From a virus: a stretch of DNA of 64,000 bases. Shown piece after piece: positions 36,127 to 46,722 of the stretch (its first letter is position 1; every line of letters begins with the position of its first letter). The position numbers were made by a program, and so were the translations under genes. The notes beneath the pieces were generated by a model. It was not told the DNA's origin and did not search any database. It saw only the letters and a program-made list of their open reading frames with translations. The stretch lies in the IMG/VR virus record IMGVR_UViG_3300027850_000002, positions 1-64,000 of that record; one strand, written 5' to 3'.

Positions 36127-36729
36127 ATGGCAACTACGGATGACGCTCGCATCGGTGACTTCACACGTCCTGTGGTCGATCCCCCCAAGACAGGTGCGTC
36201 GCCAACCAAGGACGCTCTCGACCGTGCAGAGCAGAATCTCGAGGACTCCGTTCAGAAAGACGAAGCCACGCTCAAGCCGATGATCTCGTACGAAGAACGG
36301 TTGAAAGAGATCGGGGTGACCAAAGCAAAGGCCGCGGAGATCATCGATGCGGTCTTGCTCAAGGGCTTCTACGCTGAAGACGTCCAGATCACGAAGTCTA
36401 TCAAGGCACGTTTCCGGACGCGGAACGCGCGCGATACTCGCCGTGCGCAAGAACAGATTGAAGCGCAGCGTCTTACGTACGACGTTCACTACAGCGAGAT
36501 GCTCGCCCGGCTCTTGCTCGCATCATCGCTTGAACGCTTCGGCGACGACAAGCTCACCCACGTCATGAAGGGCACGAAGAACGACGACGTCGAGAAAGCC
36601 TTCTTCAATCGCATGTCGTACGTCGAATCGCTGTCCGATCCTGCGATGCGCCTCCTCATCACCAAGCTTGCAAAGTTCGACCGCATGATCGGCATCGTTC
36701 TCGAGGAGGGTGCGATCGAAAATTTCTAG
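36127..36729 (+). CDS. Tail assembly chaperone (G-like)
   Basis: Ends ENF* on slippery A-AAT-TTC, two ORFs upstream of the tape measure gene. Confidence 0.7.
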   Translation: MATTDDARIGDFTRPVVDPPKTGASPTKDALDRAEQNLEDSVQKDEATLKPMISYEERLKEIGVTKAKAAEIIDAVLLKGFYAEDVQITKSIKARFRTRNARDTRRAQEQIEAQRLTYDVHYSEMLARLLLASSLERFGDDKLTHVMKGTKNDDVEKAFFNRMSYVESLSDPAMRLLITKLAKFDRMIGIVLEEGAIENF

Positions 36730-37115
36730 GAGGCCCGGGAGGTAACGCCCGCGCGACGTTGTACGCACGCGGCGTCGAACTCGCGCCCTACGGTTCCATC
36801 GAGGATCGCGTTCAGCGTGAGATGATCTTCCGGGAGCGCCAGGAGCGCGTGGCTCACGTGAATGCGATCGCGCAGATGATCGCGCGCGTGTTCAACGTGG
36901 ACGCTGGGAAAGCGTTCGCGGGGATCGTTTCGGAGTACGCGTCCGAGGTGTTCCAGGAGACGTACGACCCAGAGATCTTGAAGGCGAAGGTCTTCCGCCG
37001 GAAGGTTGCGCAGGCCGAGATCGTGGCCAAACGCCGACGCGACGAGGAGTTGATCCAGCGACTAAATCGGATGGGTGAGTACTACGATCGCCAAAACCCC
37101 AAGAATGCCAAGTAA
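36720..37115 (+). CDS. Tail assembly chaperone -1 frameshift extension (T-like)
   Basis: The -1 frame is open from the heptamer at 36720-36726 into ORF 36759..37115. Confidence 0.7.
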   Translation, partial: KFLGGPGGNARATLYARGVELAPYGSIEDRVQREMIFRERQERVAHVNAIAQMIARVFNVDAGKAFAGIVSEYASEVFQETYDPEILKAKVFRRKVAQAEIVAKRRRDEELIQRLNRMGEYYDRQNPKNAK

Positions 37116-37126
37116 CTGCTTGATTC

Positions 37127-37135
37127 CCCTATAAT
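37127..37135 (+). promoter_or_regulatory. Candidate late promoter CCCTATAAT
   Basis: Same 9-mer precedes structural genes at 37144, 52675 and 61142. Confidence 0.55.
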
Positions 37136-37143
37136 AACCCCAA

Positions 37144-40100
37144 ATGGCTGACCAACAGTCGAACGACACCATTCGCCAGATGATGTCGGGGTTCTCGGCG
37201 ATGCAATTCAATCTTGGATTGCTGCCGATGCCGCAAGCCCAAGCGATGGGTGGTGCAGGTTCGCAGTTCCAAGCTCCGCCGCCTCCGCCGCCGATCATGA
37301 GCCCTGGCGACTACGGGCAACAGGCGATGCAGCGACACGACGCGATGGTGCAACAGTCGCTGCAAGCTGCTCAGGTCACGCGATACCAGCCACCCCCATC
37401 GGCACCGACGCCCTCGGTCAGCGCGATGGTTGGAATGGGCGCGATGAATCCGTTCATGGCGCCGCCTGTCGGCGGTGGCTTCTCGAGTCCTGGTGGTGGC
37501 GGCGGAGGCGGTGGCTTCGGTGGTGGCGGCGGATTTGCCGGCGGTGGCACGTTTGCTAGTGGTGGATTCGCGGGTGGCGGACCGCCGCGTATGCCGTCGG
37601 TGTTCAATCCATTTGCACCAACGCACCCGACGTCTCACTTCGCGTCACCTGCGATGCGCAACCTGCAGATCATGCAGCACGCTCAGTCGTCGACGATGGG
37701 TACGATGGCTGGCGTCACCGAGGGTGTGATGGGTGTTGGCGGCGCTGTCGCCGGTGGCCTTCTCGGGTCCGCCTTCGGCCCAATGGGTACCGCTGCAGGT
37801 GCGTGGCTTGGCGGGAAGATTGGCGGCGCTGTTTCCGGGATGATGACGGGCCCCGTCACACAGGACTTCGCACGCGGTCGCCAGATTCAACAGATGACAT
37901 CACCGTTCATGGTGTCTGGACATTCAATGAATACGATGACTGGCCAAGGTATGGATGCGCATTCTGCGCGCCAGACTGCGACAGGCATTCGCAATCTTCA
38001 GCGCGATCATGACTTCGAGCGGACTGGGTTCAACACCCAGGACACCATGAAGATCATGCAGCAGTCCGGACAGCAAGGACTGCTGTCCGGTGCCCAGTCA
38101 CCCGATCAACTTGTTCAGAAGGTGAAAGACATCTCAAAGACCATCAAGGTCTTGATGAAAATCACCGGCGATCCGGATGTGCAGAGCGCCATCCAATCAC
38201 TTGGGCAAATGCGTGACATGGGTTTCCAGGGGCTCGCGGCGCAAGGCGGCGCTGTCGCGAACCGCACCGCGTTCGCGCGTATGGCCGGCGTCTCCCAAGG
38301 CCAGATGCATCAATACGGTCAGATGGGCGCGGGCATGGCGCAGGGCATGGGGCTCGCTGGCGCAACAGGTTATGGCGCGGGCATGGTCGGCGCCGCTTCT
38401 GCGAACATCGCGGTTTCCACCAGCGCACTCAACGATCTACAGCTCTCACGTGCGGGCGGCAAGGAGGGTGTCGCCCAGATCATGACGAAGGCCCAACTCG
38501 ACGCAATGGACAACAGCCCTTATCTTGCGGCGTCGTTGACGCGCGACAAGAACGGCGCGATGACGGTCGATCCGAACCTTTATCGCAAAGCTCATGGTCT
38601 TTCGTTCCAAGAAGTCTCGCAGATGGCTGCGACGAAACTTCGGGAGATTGGTGTTTCGGGCAACCTCGAGTTCGCGAACCGGATCGCAGAATTCAAGGAT
38701 CAGATTTCACAGAAGCTCGACCCGCTCGAGAAGCAGACGATGGCGTTTCGTCAGGCACAGGTCCTGGCGCAGAAGATCGGAAACGGTGCTGACCTCGCCG
38801 CGGGATTCCGTGAGATGGGTATGTCCGAGACCGAAGCCCGCACCATAGGCAAGATAGGCGAGAGTCGGAAGTTTTGGGACGGTGAAATCGAACAGCTCAA
38901 AGTCCAACGGATCACGGCGTCCGAGCAAGACTCGGCGAAGCGGGAGCAGTACCGCACACCGGGCGTGATGCTCCGAATGGATCGTGGTGTTCGCGGCTTT
39001 TTCAATGACGCCAGCGACACCGTGTCTTCTCCGTTCCGTTTGCTCTCCGAACACATGGATCGCACGAACGAGAACGAAGAGGCGGCAGGTCGCGGACTGC
39101 GTATCAATCGCTACAGCGAGCTGCAGGTCGTCAAGGACGACTCAGACCGCATGATGATGCGCGCCGCGTATCGTGACCGAGATTTCCAGCGCACCCTGAA
39201 ACAGGCGGGCTCCAACTTCATGGACGAGCAGGATGGATCACTCGGCGGTGCGTTCAAGCGGTCCGCAGGCCGGCAGTTGAACCGTATGGGTAGTTTTTTG
39301 GGTTTGTCTTCTCTCAGCAACGAGAACCGCATCACAGACATCGCGAGCCGGATCGACGGTTCGTACACCGGCTTGCATCCGTTCTCGACGTTCGGTGATC
39401 CGCAGGAAGCGATGAAACGCGTGCAAGGAGTTGTCGGCGCAGCACGCGCGTTCACAGACGCAGAATCGTTCTCTGCGGCCAAATCTGTCGCAGCCACAGC
39501 CGAGGTTGAAGCTCACATCCGCGGCATGGACGGAGACAAGATGAAGGGCGTGTCAGGCGCACAGATCATGGAGGCCGCGTCCAACAACTTCATTCGTACG
39601 TTGAAGGGCTACAAAGCCGGGACTATCAAGGGCGCGACTGCTGCATCAGAGAATGACATCCGTGAGGCTGTCATCAAGGCGGGCACCGACAACAAGATGT
39701 CGCGTGCTGAAGCCGAAGCAATGTACGAGAAGAGCAAGCACAAGTTCGGCGCCTTCATGGCGAAGGACGTCTTGGCGAGCGGCGACGAGAAGTTGATCGA
39801 GGTCGGCGCCAAGGCTCAAGAGCTTGCTTCAGAGGCAGGTACAGTCAGCCAGCTGCGTAGCCGTGAAGCGATCAGCGACGACATCAAGCTCACCGACGAG
39901 ATGCTCGGCCTCGATGACGAGAGCAGCGAGACGATGCTTGAGATCAAGGCGGTCCTCAAGCGCGGTGACGACGACGTCGTTGGATTGGCTGGCGCCCTGA
40001 ACGCGTCCAACTCCAAGGACGAGCGGACGCAGGAGTTAGGACAGCAGCTTCTCAAGAGCTATGAAGCGAAGCTCGGCGGTGACTACTCCAAGAAGAGAGC

Positions 40101-40725
40101 TGAAGCGACCGACCTCATGATGAACATGAGCGAGGACGCGAAGGACGCGCTCACCAACACGGTGACGACGACCGGAACCGTGAGTGCTGACGCGATGTCA
40201 GGCCTCATTGGCAAGAATCTGCGCAATCGGTTTGGCAAGGAGATGCTCGGCGCCGCACAGGAGGAGGCGCTCGAGAACCTCGAAGACGTGCAATCAGGAT
40301 TGAGCGGTTCGGATGACATCAAGGAGGCGCTCGGGAAGTTGTCGTTCGCGTCCATTGATGCCCTTCGTGAGAGGGGTCAGGGCGCTCGCGCGGATAAGCT
40401 CGAGAAGGCCAAGAAGGCGCTCGCTGCAGGCGGTGGCGATGCAGAGGTCGAGGACATGCTCGTCAGTGAAGCACCTAAGACCATGAAGACGGTGCATGGC
40501 GGCGGTGAAGGCGCTGCAACATCTGCAATCGACGCGCAAATTGATGCGGTGACGCGGGCACGAGACGAACTGGCCAAAAAAGGTGGCGACGCGAGCGATA
40601 CAGACATTGCGCAGGCGCAGGCGGATTCGTCAGTGCTGTTCTCGTCCTCGGTGAAGGACTTCCACGAATCGATCACGACGCTCGCGCAAGTGATCGCTCA
40701 CCCGAACTTCCAGTCGAGGAGGTGA
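37144..40725 (+). CDS. Tape measure protein
   Basis: 1193 aa, helical, Gly/Ala/Met-rich, follows chaperone frameshift pair, precedes baseplate genes. Confidence 0.8.
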   Translation: MADQQSNDTIRQMMSGFSAMQFNLGLLPMPQAQAMGGAGSQFQAPPPPPPIMSPGDYGQQAMQRHDAMVQQSLQAAQVTRYQPPPSAPTPSVSAMVGMGAMNPFMAPPVGGGFSSPGGGGGGGGFGGGGGFAGGGTFASGGFAGGGPPRMPSVFNPFAPTHPTSHFASPAMRNLQIMQHAQSSTMGTMAGVTEGVMGVGGAVAGGLLGSAFGPMGTAAGAWLGGKIGGAVSGMMTGPVTQDFARGRQIQQMTSPFMVSGHSMNTMTGQGMDAHSARQTATGIRNLQRDHDFERTGFNTQDTMKIMQQSGQQGLLSGAQSPDQLVQKVKDISKTIKVLMKITGDPDVQSAIQSLGQMRDMGFQGLAAQGGAVANRTAFARMAGVSQGQMHQYGQMGAGMAQGMGLAGATGYGAGMVGAASANIAVSTSALNDLQLSRAGGKEGVAQIMTKAQLDAMDNSPYLAASLTRDKNGAMTVDPNLYRKAHGLSFQEVSQMAATKLREIGVSGNLEFANRIAEFKDQISQKLDPLEKQTMAFRQAQVLAQKIGNGADLAAGFREMGMSETEARTIGKIGESRKFWDGEIEQLKVQRITASEQDSAKREQYRTPGVMLRMDRGVRGFFNDASDTVSSPFRLLSEHMDRTNENEEAAGRGLRINRYSELQVVKDDSDRMMMRAAYRDRDFQRTLKQAGSNFMDEQDGSLGGAFKRSAGRQLNRMGSFLGLSSLSNENRITDIASRIDGSYTGLHPFSTFGDPQEAMKRVQGVVGAARAFTDAESFSAAKSVAATAEVEAHIRGMDGDKMKGVSGAQIMEAASNNFIRTLKGYKAGTIKGATAASENDIREAVIKAGTDNKMSRAEAEAMYEKSKHKFGAFMAKDVLASGDEKLIEVGAKAQELASEAGTVSQLRSREAISDDIKLTDEMLGLDDESSETMLEIKAVLKRGDDDVVGLAGALNASNSKDERTQELGQQLLKSYEAKLGGDYSKKRAEATDLMMNMSEDAKDALTNTVTTTGTVSADAMSGLIGKNLRNRFGKEMLGAAQEEALENLEDVQSGLSGSDDIKEALGKLSFASIDALRERGQGARADKLEKAKKALAAGGGDAEVEDMLVSEAPKTMKTVHGGGEGAATSAIDAQIDAVTRARDELAKKGGDASDTDIAQAQADSSVLFSSSVKDFHESITTLAQVIAHPNFQSRR

Positions 40726-40730
40726 TAACT

Positions 40731-41849
40731 ATGGCAAATCCGTTGGACTTCGGACAGTACGAGCCCGCAAACGTCAAAGGGCGCGATGCGCTCGACGACG
40801 GCACCGTCGGTGGAGCCTTCACACAGGGTCGCGTGACCAACGCGCTCGCGGCGTCGCGCGAACGCCCGTCGATGTACAACCCGGGCCAGCAGGGCGTCTT
40901 CGGGGCCAACCCGTTGATGACGCCGAAGTACGCGCGCAACAACAGCAACGGTGTTGCTCGTGATGCCGAGTACCGCGAGACGATGGCGCGGCTCTACATC
41001 TCCCTCGCGGACGTTGGTTCAACGGCCATCTCGAACTACCTCGCGGGATTGCCCGATCAGCAGACGAAGGCGCTCGCGCAGGTCTTGCTCGCCAGTAACA
41101 ACAAAGGCTCAGGCGGCACTGGCTTCATCGACTTTTTCCTGACGTCAGCCAACGAAGCGTTCCAAGAGGTGATGCAGGTCGACAAGGTCTTGGCCGACGA
41201 CTATGTGGCTTTCTACTACGGACAGAGCCCGCCGATTTTTCAGTACTCGGGCGTCCTGCTCAACTCGATGCAGGACGACCACCGATCAGGGTTTGCGCGT
41301 GCGTACCTCGAGCTACTTCGTGGAACACAACTCGCACGTCGCGGCGCACTTGCACGTCTTCGTTATGACTCGGTCATCGTGTCCGGCACGATGAACACAC
41401 ACCAGCAGGTGTTGGTCGCCGAGAACGAACTTGCGGTCCAGTTCTCTTTCACCTTCTTGGTGAAGGAATACATCATCCTGCCCAACGCGAAGTTCACGAA
41501 GATGCGTCCCGAGGACTATGTGAAGCTCGCGGCGCAGGCGGAAGTCACCAAGCTCGGACCGACGGGCGTGGCCAATGATGTGCGTGTGCGTACCATCTCA
41601 GTCACTACACCGTCGCCCGCAGGCCAGTCGATCGCAGGCTCTCCTCCGCCTACAACGGTCGTCGACACGAGTGTCAACACTATGCAGCAGCTGACCACCG
41701 CAGGGAACACCGCTAAAACCCCGCAAAGCCCGACCTCGAACATCAAAGGCACGGTTCAGACACCTCCGCCCAATCCGCCTCCGTCGTTCGCCTCTGCCAA
41801 TCCAGCCAGCAACTTTCTGGCTCCCACGCCTTCATTCGCGAGGCTCTGA
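40731..41849 (+). CDS. Putative tail/baseplate structural protein
   Basis: Position after tape measure; FYYGQSP..FQYSG.LLN; FSFTFLV. Confidence 0.6.
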   Translation: MANPLDFGQYEPANVKGRDALDDGTVGGAFTQGRVTNALAASRERPSMYNPGQQGVFGANPLMTPKYARNNSNGVARDAEYRETMARLYISLADVGSTAISNYLAGLPDQQTKALAQVLLASNNKGSGGTGFIDFFLTSANEAFQEVMQVDKVLADDYVAFYYGQSPPIFQYSGVLLNSMQDDHRSGFARAYLELLRGTQLARRGALARLRYDSVIVSGTMNTHQQVLVAENELAVQFSFTFLVKEYIILPNAKFTKMRPEDYVKLAAQAEVTKLGPTGVANDVRVRTISVTTPSPAGQSIAGSPPPTTVVDTSVNTMQQLTTAGNTAKTPQSPTSNIKGTVQTPPPNPPPSFASANPASNFLAPTPSFARL

Positions 41850-41868
41850 TCCGCGATAAGGATAGGTC

Positions 41869-42363
41869 ATGCAATATCCACTGACGATACCATTCTTCTT
41901 CGGCGGGCCTCAGCCCACTGTAGACGCGGACGGCTGTTGGATTGGGTTGCCAACCGAGTTCGAGGTTCTGTTGCTGCAACCGATGGCAACATACCCACTT
42001 GAACAACTGCGTCAGCGTTTCATGTTTGCGTTGACTACCAACCATGACCGCATCAAAGGTGCACGTGTTTGTCTACAGATGGCGTTTGAGATCGATACAC
42101 GCTCATACTTGAACAAGCTCATCGATCTTCCGCTCGAGGTGCCGCAGTCCAAAGTGTGTGAACGTCGTCGGTTTCTGGATATCGATAAGGACATGCGGTT
42201 GCAGCGTTACTTGGTTGGCCCTGCGATTGAGTCGCTCGCAACGATTCCAGCGATCCCGGTATCGTACGTTGAGCTGATCCGTAGGTACGCAATGGCGAAC
42301 TACGCCCGTTATCGAACCTGTGCGTTGGCGGCAGCGCTTTGCACAGCGAAGGCAGTGCAGTGA
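41869..42363 (+). CDS. Hypothetical protein
   Basis: 164-aa ORF within the structural operon. Confidence 0.55.
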   Translation: MQYPLTIPFFFGGPQPTVDADGCWIGLPTEFEVLLLQPMATYPLEQLRQRFMFALTTNHDRIKGARVCLQMAFEIDTRSYLNKLIDLPLEVPQSKVCERRRFLDIDKDMRLQRYLVGPAIESLATIPAIPVSYVELIRRYAMANYARYRTCALAAALCTAKAVQ

Positions 42364-45300
42364 CCGCGCCCATCAGCAAGACATCCTTTGCAGCGAGTCA
42401 GCCAAGACAGGCTGCGTTCATCGTTTACATCAACGGCATCGAAGTCCCCGCGAAGTCCGTGAACCTGCGGTTCGGCGTCTGGCAGATGCCCGAGATGCAA
42501 ATCGAGATGACCGCGGACCCGGTGCTAATGCGCTTGGGCGCAGAAGACCGTGTTCAGGTTGTGGTGTTCTACCTCGATGACTGCGACGTCGTGCCCGGAG
42601 TTAAACCTGAGTTTCGTCTGTTTGGCGAAGGCGAAATCACTGGATGGGGCTACCGCAACACGGGCGCTAGCCGCTCGATCATGTTCACGGTCGTCAATCA
42701 GATTGCGATCTACACGCAGTTGACGGTCAGTTTTCTGAACACGTTCGAGGACCTCGTTGGCGATGCGCGCGACCCCGCGCGAGGTGTAATAAATCTTTCA
42801 ACACCATCGTCGCGTCTGGTCTACCCGCTCGCGCTGTTTACGCAAGGGCTTCTCGAGACAGGTGATGCGAAGGCTGATTTCATCAAACGGCCCTTCGACT
42901 TCCTCTACAACACTGTTCGCGGAATGATCGACGCGCGCATTCCAGAAGCGCATCAGGCCATCCCCGCCTCGAACTTCTTCGCACGTTGGTCGAGGCTGAC
43001 GAACTTCCACAATCGGTTCGTAGCGTCCCCGTTCTTCGATGAGGTCGCGGCAGGCAGTGACAACATCTTCCCGGTCTTGAAGGCGGTGCAGAGCGTCTCG
43101 GCTGTTAGCGCAATCGTCAAAAACCTCATCCCGAACGTTCAGAACTCGGGGTCCATCTGGGACATGCTCGAGGTGGTCATCCAGACCCTCTTGACCGAGA
43201 TCGCGATGATTCCGTCGATGCCGCTGGTTACGGTCGACCTTGCGACGAGTCTCATCCTTCCGACCAACTTCAACGAACACATCCTCGTTCAGGCGCCTGG
43301 GTACACGGATGAGCTGCTTACCGTGATCGGTGGTCAGGTTCGTACGTTCGGCGGCACACCGATCACAGGACTCGTCAACGGGCACGCTATTGACGTCGAT
43401 CCATTCACAGGTGCGGCCACCGACGGGGTAACGGGCGCGCCCATCGAGTACAGCGATACGCTCGAGAGCGCTTCAGCGAAGGCGAACGCTCGGAAGTGGG
43501 TTCCCGCGCTCAGCATCGACAGCCGTAAAACGGCCCCCAAGCGGATCCCAAACTACTTTGTGAAGCCGCAGAGCCTGTTCAGCATCCCACCGTCCTGTAA
43601 TGCGATCTTCCCGTCGCAGCTCCTCGACATGAGCTACCAGGAGAACTACGCGACGCAGCCGACGCGTCTGTACTTCAACGACGGCACCATCAATCGGCTC
43701 CTGCACCAGGTGGGCCCTTATGCGAATGCCGTCATGGATGCGCTCGCGATCGGGTATCCGCCTGAAGTAGACCTGCTTGAACGTCAGCGCCCAGCATCTG
43801 CCACCTACAACGCGAAGAATTTTCTCATCTTCCCCGAGGAGTTCTTCAAAGGTCCCGTAATGGACCGTCGCGACATCCCCCCGTGGATGTTCTTTCTCAG
43901 CGCACAGGAAAACCACATCAATCCAAAGCCCGCGGACGGAAGCGCGCCTGCGTCCCCGCCGCCCGCACGCACGAGCGCGACGCCGCCTCCACAACCGTTC
44001 ACACCCGCACCGCCTCTGCCGACCGTGGCCACCGGAAACACCAATCCGACGTTACCGCTTCAAGGTCGTTGGGTTTGGCCCGTCTCGATGTACAACGGCC
44101 GAAAGCCCATCGTTAGCCAAGGTTTCAATCGGAATCCAGGAAGCGAACGCGGCGTCATACATCCGGGACAAGACTTCTTCTTCGAACGAATTCGGTCAGA
44201 CCCATACCCTGACCGCACGCCCAATCGGTCCAAGAACTTCGTCATGCCCAATGGCGTGTCGGTCCTTGCTGCGGCTGACGGAGTCATCTGGTCAGCAGGT
44301 AAGACGGGGGTCGGTTATAGTATTGTTATCAGTCACGAACCGCTCAAGGTCGCAACGTATTATACACACATGACATCCATGTTTGTGGAACCTACACAAC
44401 GTGCGAACTCAGGTCAACGCGTCAAGGCAGGCACGCCCCTCGGCATCATCGGATACAGTCCGACGGATGAAGCCAAGCTGATGCACCTGCATTTTGAGCT
44501 GTGGTTCGGTGGTGCAACAGACTTCGTCGATCCCGCGCGTTTCCAGAAGAACTGGGAATACATGACGGCGGGGCAACCGCTGCCCGCAGCAGCGCCGCCG
44601 CCCGCTACGCCGCAGTCGTCAACGTCTGTTCAGCCCCCACCCGCGGCACCCACGTCTCCTGCGCCTTCACCGGCTGCCTATGACACAGCTCAAGAGGCAA
44701 GCGATACAGTCTACAAGCTTTACGCTAAGTTCGAGTACTTCCGTGAACGTTACGCCAAGCGGAACGGCTCAGCCTCTGTTGCGTGGAATCCATACGTTGT
44801 TGCAGGCTTTCCCGGCGTCATTCTTGATCAACGCGCGTCGCGCGTTGACCTGTTCTGTTACATCACAACAGTGCAGCAGACTATGTCTCACGACGGGCGT
44901 CGTGGAACGCAACTTTCATTTTCGTACGGACGCCAACTCCAGGAGATGTTCCAGCAACTGAGTGACGAGTTCTCGTTGAACGACGCGACTGCACGAGGAT
45001 CGGCCCCCCAGGAGCCCATTCGTGATGTCAGCAAGGTGCTTCAGTCGTTCCCACAGGCTGAAACGTACTATCAAAACCTGTTCTACGGTGCGCAGCCTCT
45101 TTACGGTAAGGACGCGTCTTTCGATTTCCGAAACATGCTTGCGTACGCACCTAAGGTACCAGGCGCCTCTCCGGAACAAATCTATGTCGACGGACCCGAT
45201 GCGGTAGTCGACGATGCGGTTGTTCAAGCGACCCAGGTCTACGCGAATTTATTGGCTGAACGGACACCGCTCAGTGAAAAGGTCGTGTTGCTTCAAAGCC

Positions 45301-45965
45301 AGATCCAGATTCAACTGGATATTATCTTTGTCAACACGTTATCGTTTGGATCAACTCAAACAAGCGATAGTTCGCCGCTCGATGCAAACAACAATCCAAA
45401 CGCTTTGGTCTCCATCATTAAGGAGCAGCAAACAGCGACAGCCGACACAACCCTCGCTGACCTGAATCCACAACTCAAACGCGCACAAGCAGACCTTGCT
45501 GCTCTTGATACACGCATCAACAGTACGTTGTTGGTCAAAAACCAGACGTCGGTGAACTCCGTAACACGTGTATCGCACAACCTCGGTGGTGCGAACGCGA
45601 ACCGAGAGCTGGTTCCTACACCACGCTCAGCGCAGTTCTTCAACAGCCGAGATGCGGCGATGCGTTACAACTGGCGCCCGATCTGCACACTTGATGAGTA
45701 CGTCGTTTTCCTCAATTCTGCGGGGGAAGGAGCCGTGCCTTCGTTTGGCCATGCACACAGTGTTGGTGCTCGATATTTCCAACGTATTCGACGTATCGAA
45801 TACCAGCCGTTGCCTTTGGATCCCCCGCCGGGCGTTACGGGCCTGGACTCACCTGCCGTCACGGGTTTGACGTCGACAAGCTTCTCCCAAACACGTAGCG
45901 ACTGGGATACGGCACTGCTCGCCTATCGCAACAACGTCCTGGCCATCAAGACGCCGAGAACCTAG
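42360..45965 (+). CDS. Baseplate hub-like protein with inserted M23 peptidase
   Basis: VYINGIEVP hub-like start; HPGQD, AAADG, YYTHM, HLHFE M23 motifs between Pro-rich linkers. Confidence 0.75.
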   Translation: MTAPISKTSFAASQPRQAAFIVYINGIEVPAKSVNLRFGVWQMPEMQIEMTADPVLMRLGAEDRVQVVVFYLDDCDVVPGVKPEFRLFGEGEITGWGYRNTGASRSIMFTVVNQIAIYTQLTVSFLNTFEDLVGDARDPARGVINLSTPSSRLVYPLALFTQGLLETGDAKADFIKRPFDFLYNTVRGMIDARIPEAHQAIPASNFFARWSRLTNFHNRFVASPFFDEVAAGSDNIFPVLKAVQSVSAVSAIVKNLIPNVQNSGSIWDMLEVVIQTLLTEIAMIPSMPLVTVDLATSLILPTNFNEHILVQAPGYTDELLTVIGGQVRTFGGTPITGLVNGHAIDVDPFTGAATDGVTGAPIEYSDTLESASAKANARKWVPALSIDSRKTAPKRIPNYFVKPQSLFSIPPSCNAIFPSQLLDMSYQENYATQPTRLYFNDGTINRLLHQVGPYANAVMDALAIGYPPEVDLLERQRPASATYNAKNFLIFPEEFFKGPVMDRRDIPPWMFFLSAQENHINPKPADGSAPASPPPARTSATPPPQPFTPAPPLPTVATGNTNPTLPLQGRWVWPVSMYNGRKPIVSQGFNRNPGSERGVIHPGQDFFFERIRSDPYPDRTPNRSKNFVMPNGVSVLAAADGVIWSAGKTGVGYSIVISHEPLKVATYYTHMTSMFVEPTQRANSGQRVKAGTPLGIIGYSPTDEAKLMHLHFELWFGGATDFVDPARFQKNWEYMTAGQPLPAAAPPPATPQSSTSVQPPPAAPTSPAPSPAAYDTAQEASDTVYKLYAKFEYFRERYAKRNGSASVAWNPYVVAGFPGVILDQRASRVDLFCYITTVQQTMSHDGRRGTQLSFSYGRQLQEMFQQLSDEFSLNDATARGSAPQEPIRDVSKVLQSFPQAETYYQNLFYGAQPLYGKDASFDFRNMLAYAPKVPGASPEQIYVDGPDAVVDDAVVQATQVYANLLAERTPLSEKVVLLQSQIQIQLDIIFVNTLSFGSTQTSDSSPLDANNNPNALVSIIKEQQTATADTTLADLNPQLKRAQADLAALDTRINSTLLVKNQTSVNSVTRVSHNLGGANANRELVPTPRSAQFFNSRDAAMRYNWRPICTLDEYVVFLNSAGEGAVPSFGHAHSVGARYFQRIRRIEYQPLPLDPPPGVTGLDSPAVTGLTSTSFSQTRSDWDTALLAYRNNVLAIKTPRT

Positions 45966-45969
45966 TACG

Positions 45970-46722
45970 ATGGCCTCTATGACGAACACGCTGTCTCGTT
46001 TTGCAAAGCTGGCGGTAACGAATCGCCAGACGCAAGACATTGATGCGTGGCATGCGTGGAAGAAGAGTCCGACGGACGCAAACGCGTCTGCTTTGCTCTC
46101 GCACGTTTCGCCGCTCATTCATCGTGAGGCGAACAAATGGGCGGGCACGATGGCTCGTCCTCTCTTGGAATCTGAAGGCAAGCGTCTCGCGATGGAGGCG
46201 TTCCACAACTACGATCCGAACAAGGGTGCGGCGCTCGGCACCCATGTCGTTAACCAACTTCAGCGGATGTCTCGGTTGTCGTACGCGAATCAGAACGTTG
46301 CACGGCTCCCTGAGAACAAGATGCTGCTCTACCACAGCTACAACGTTGCGCACTCGGACCTCTCGGACGCGCACGGACGCGCACCGACGACCGACGAGCT
46401 TGCGGATCATCTCGGATGGCCAATCCCTCATGTGGAGGCGTATCGGAAGTCGATTGGCCGCAGGGAGCTGCTCGAGTCAGGCGGTCTGTTCGAGACGGGT
46501 GACGCAGGGCTCTATGATGGAGACAAGCAGGAGCATGTTGTCGACTTCATTCACCACGCCCTGACGCCGCAACACAAAGCCATCTTCGAGCACTTGACAG
46601 GTTACGGAGGTGCCGAGCAGCTCTCGAATCAAGAGATCCAGAAGAAGCTCGGCATGACGCAGGGGCAATACTCCTACGCCAAGGCGAAACTCATCGAACA
46701 CGTGGAGAAGGTCCATGGCTGA
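45970..46722 (+). CDS. Phage sigma-70 family factor
   Basis: AFHNYDPNKGA (region 2), GRAPTTDELADHLG (region 3), LSNQEIQKKLGMT (region 4). Confidence 0.88.
   Translation: MASMTNTLSRFAKLAVTNRQTQDIDAWHAWKKSPTDANASALLSHVSPLIHREANKWAGTMARPLLESEGKRLAMEAFHNYDPNKGAALGTHVVNQLQRMSRLSYANQNVARLPENKMLLYHSYNVAHSDLSDAHGRAPTTDELADHLGWPIPHVEAYRKSIGRRELLESGGLFETGDAGLYDGDKQEHVVDFIHHALTPQHKAIFEHLTGYGGAEQLSNQEIQKKLGMTQGQYSYAKAKLIEHVEKVHG

Noticed and set aside
37470-37580. GGC/GGT-rich low-complexity tract as a second guide array
   Set aside because: Period 3 and in frame: it encodes the poly-Gly segment of the tape measure protein.
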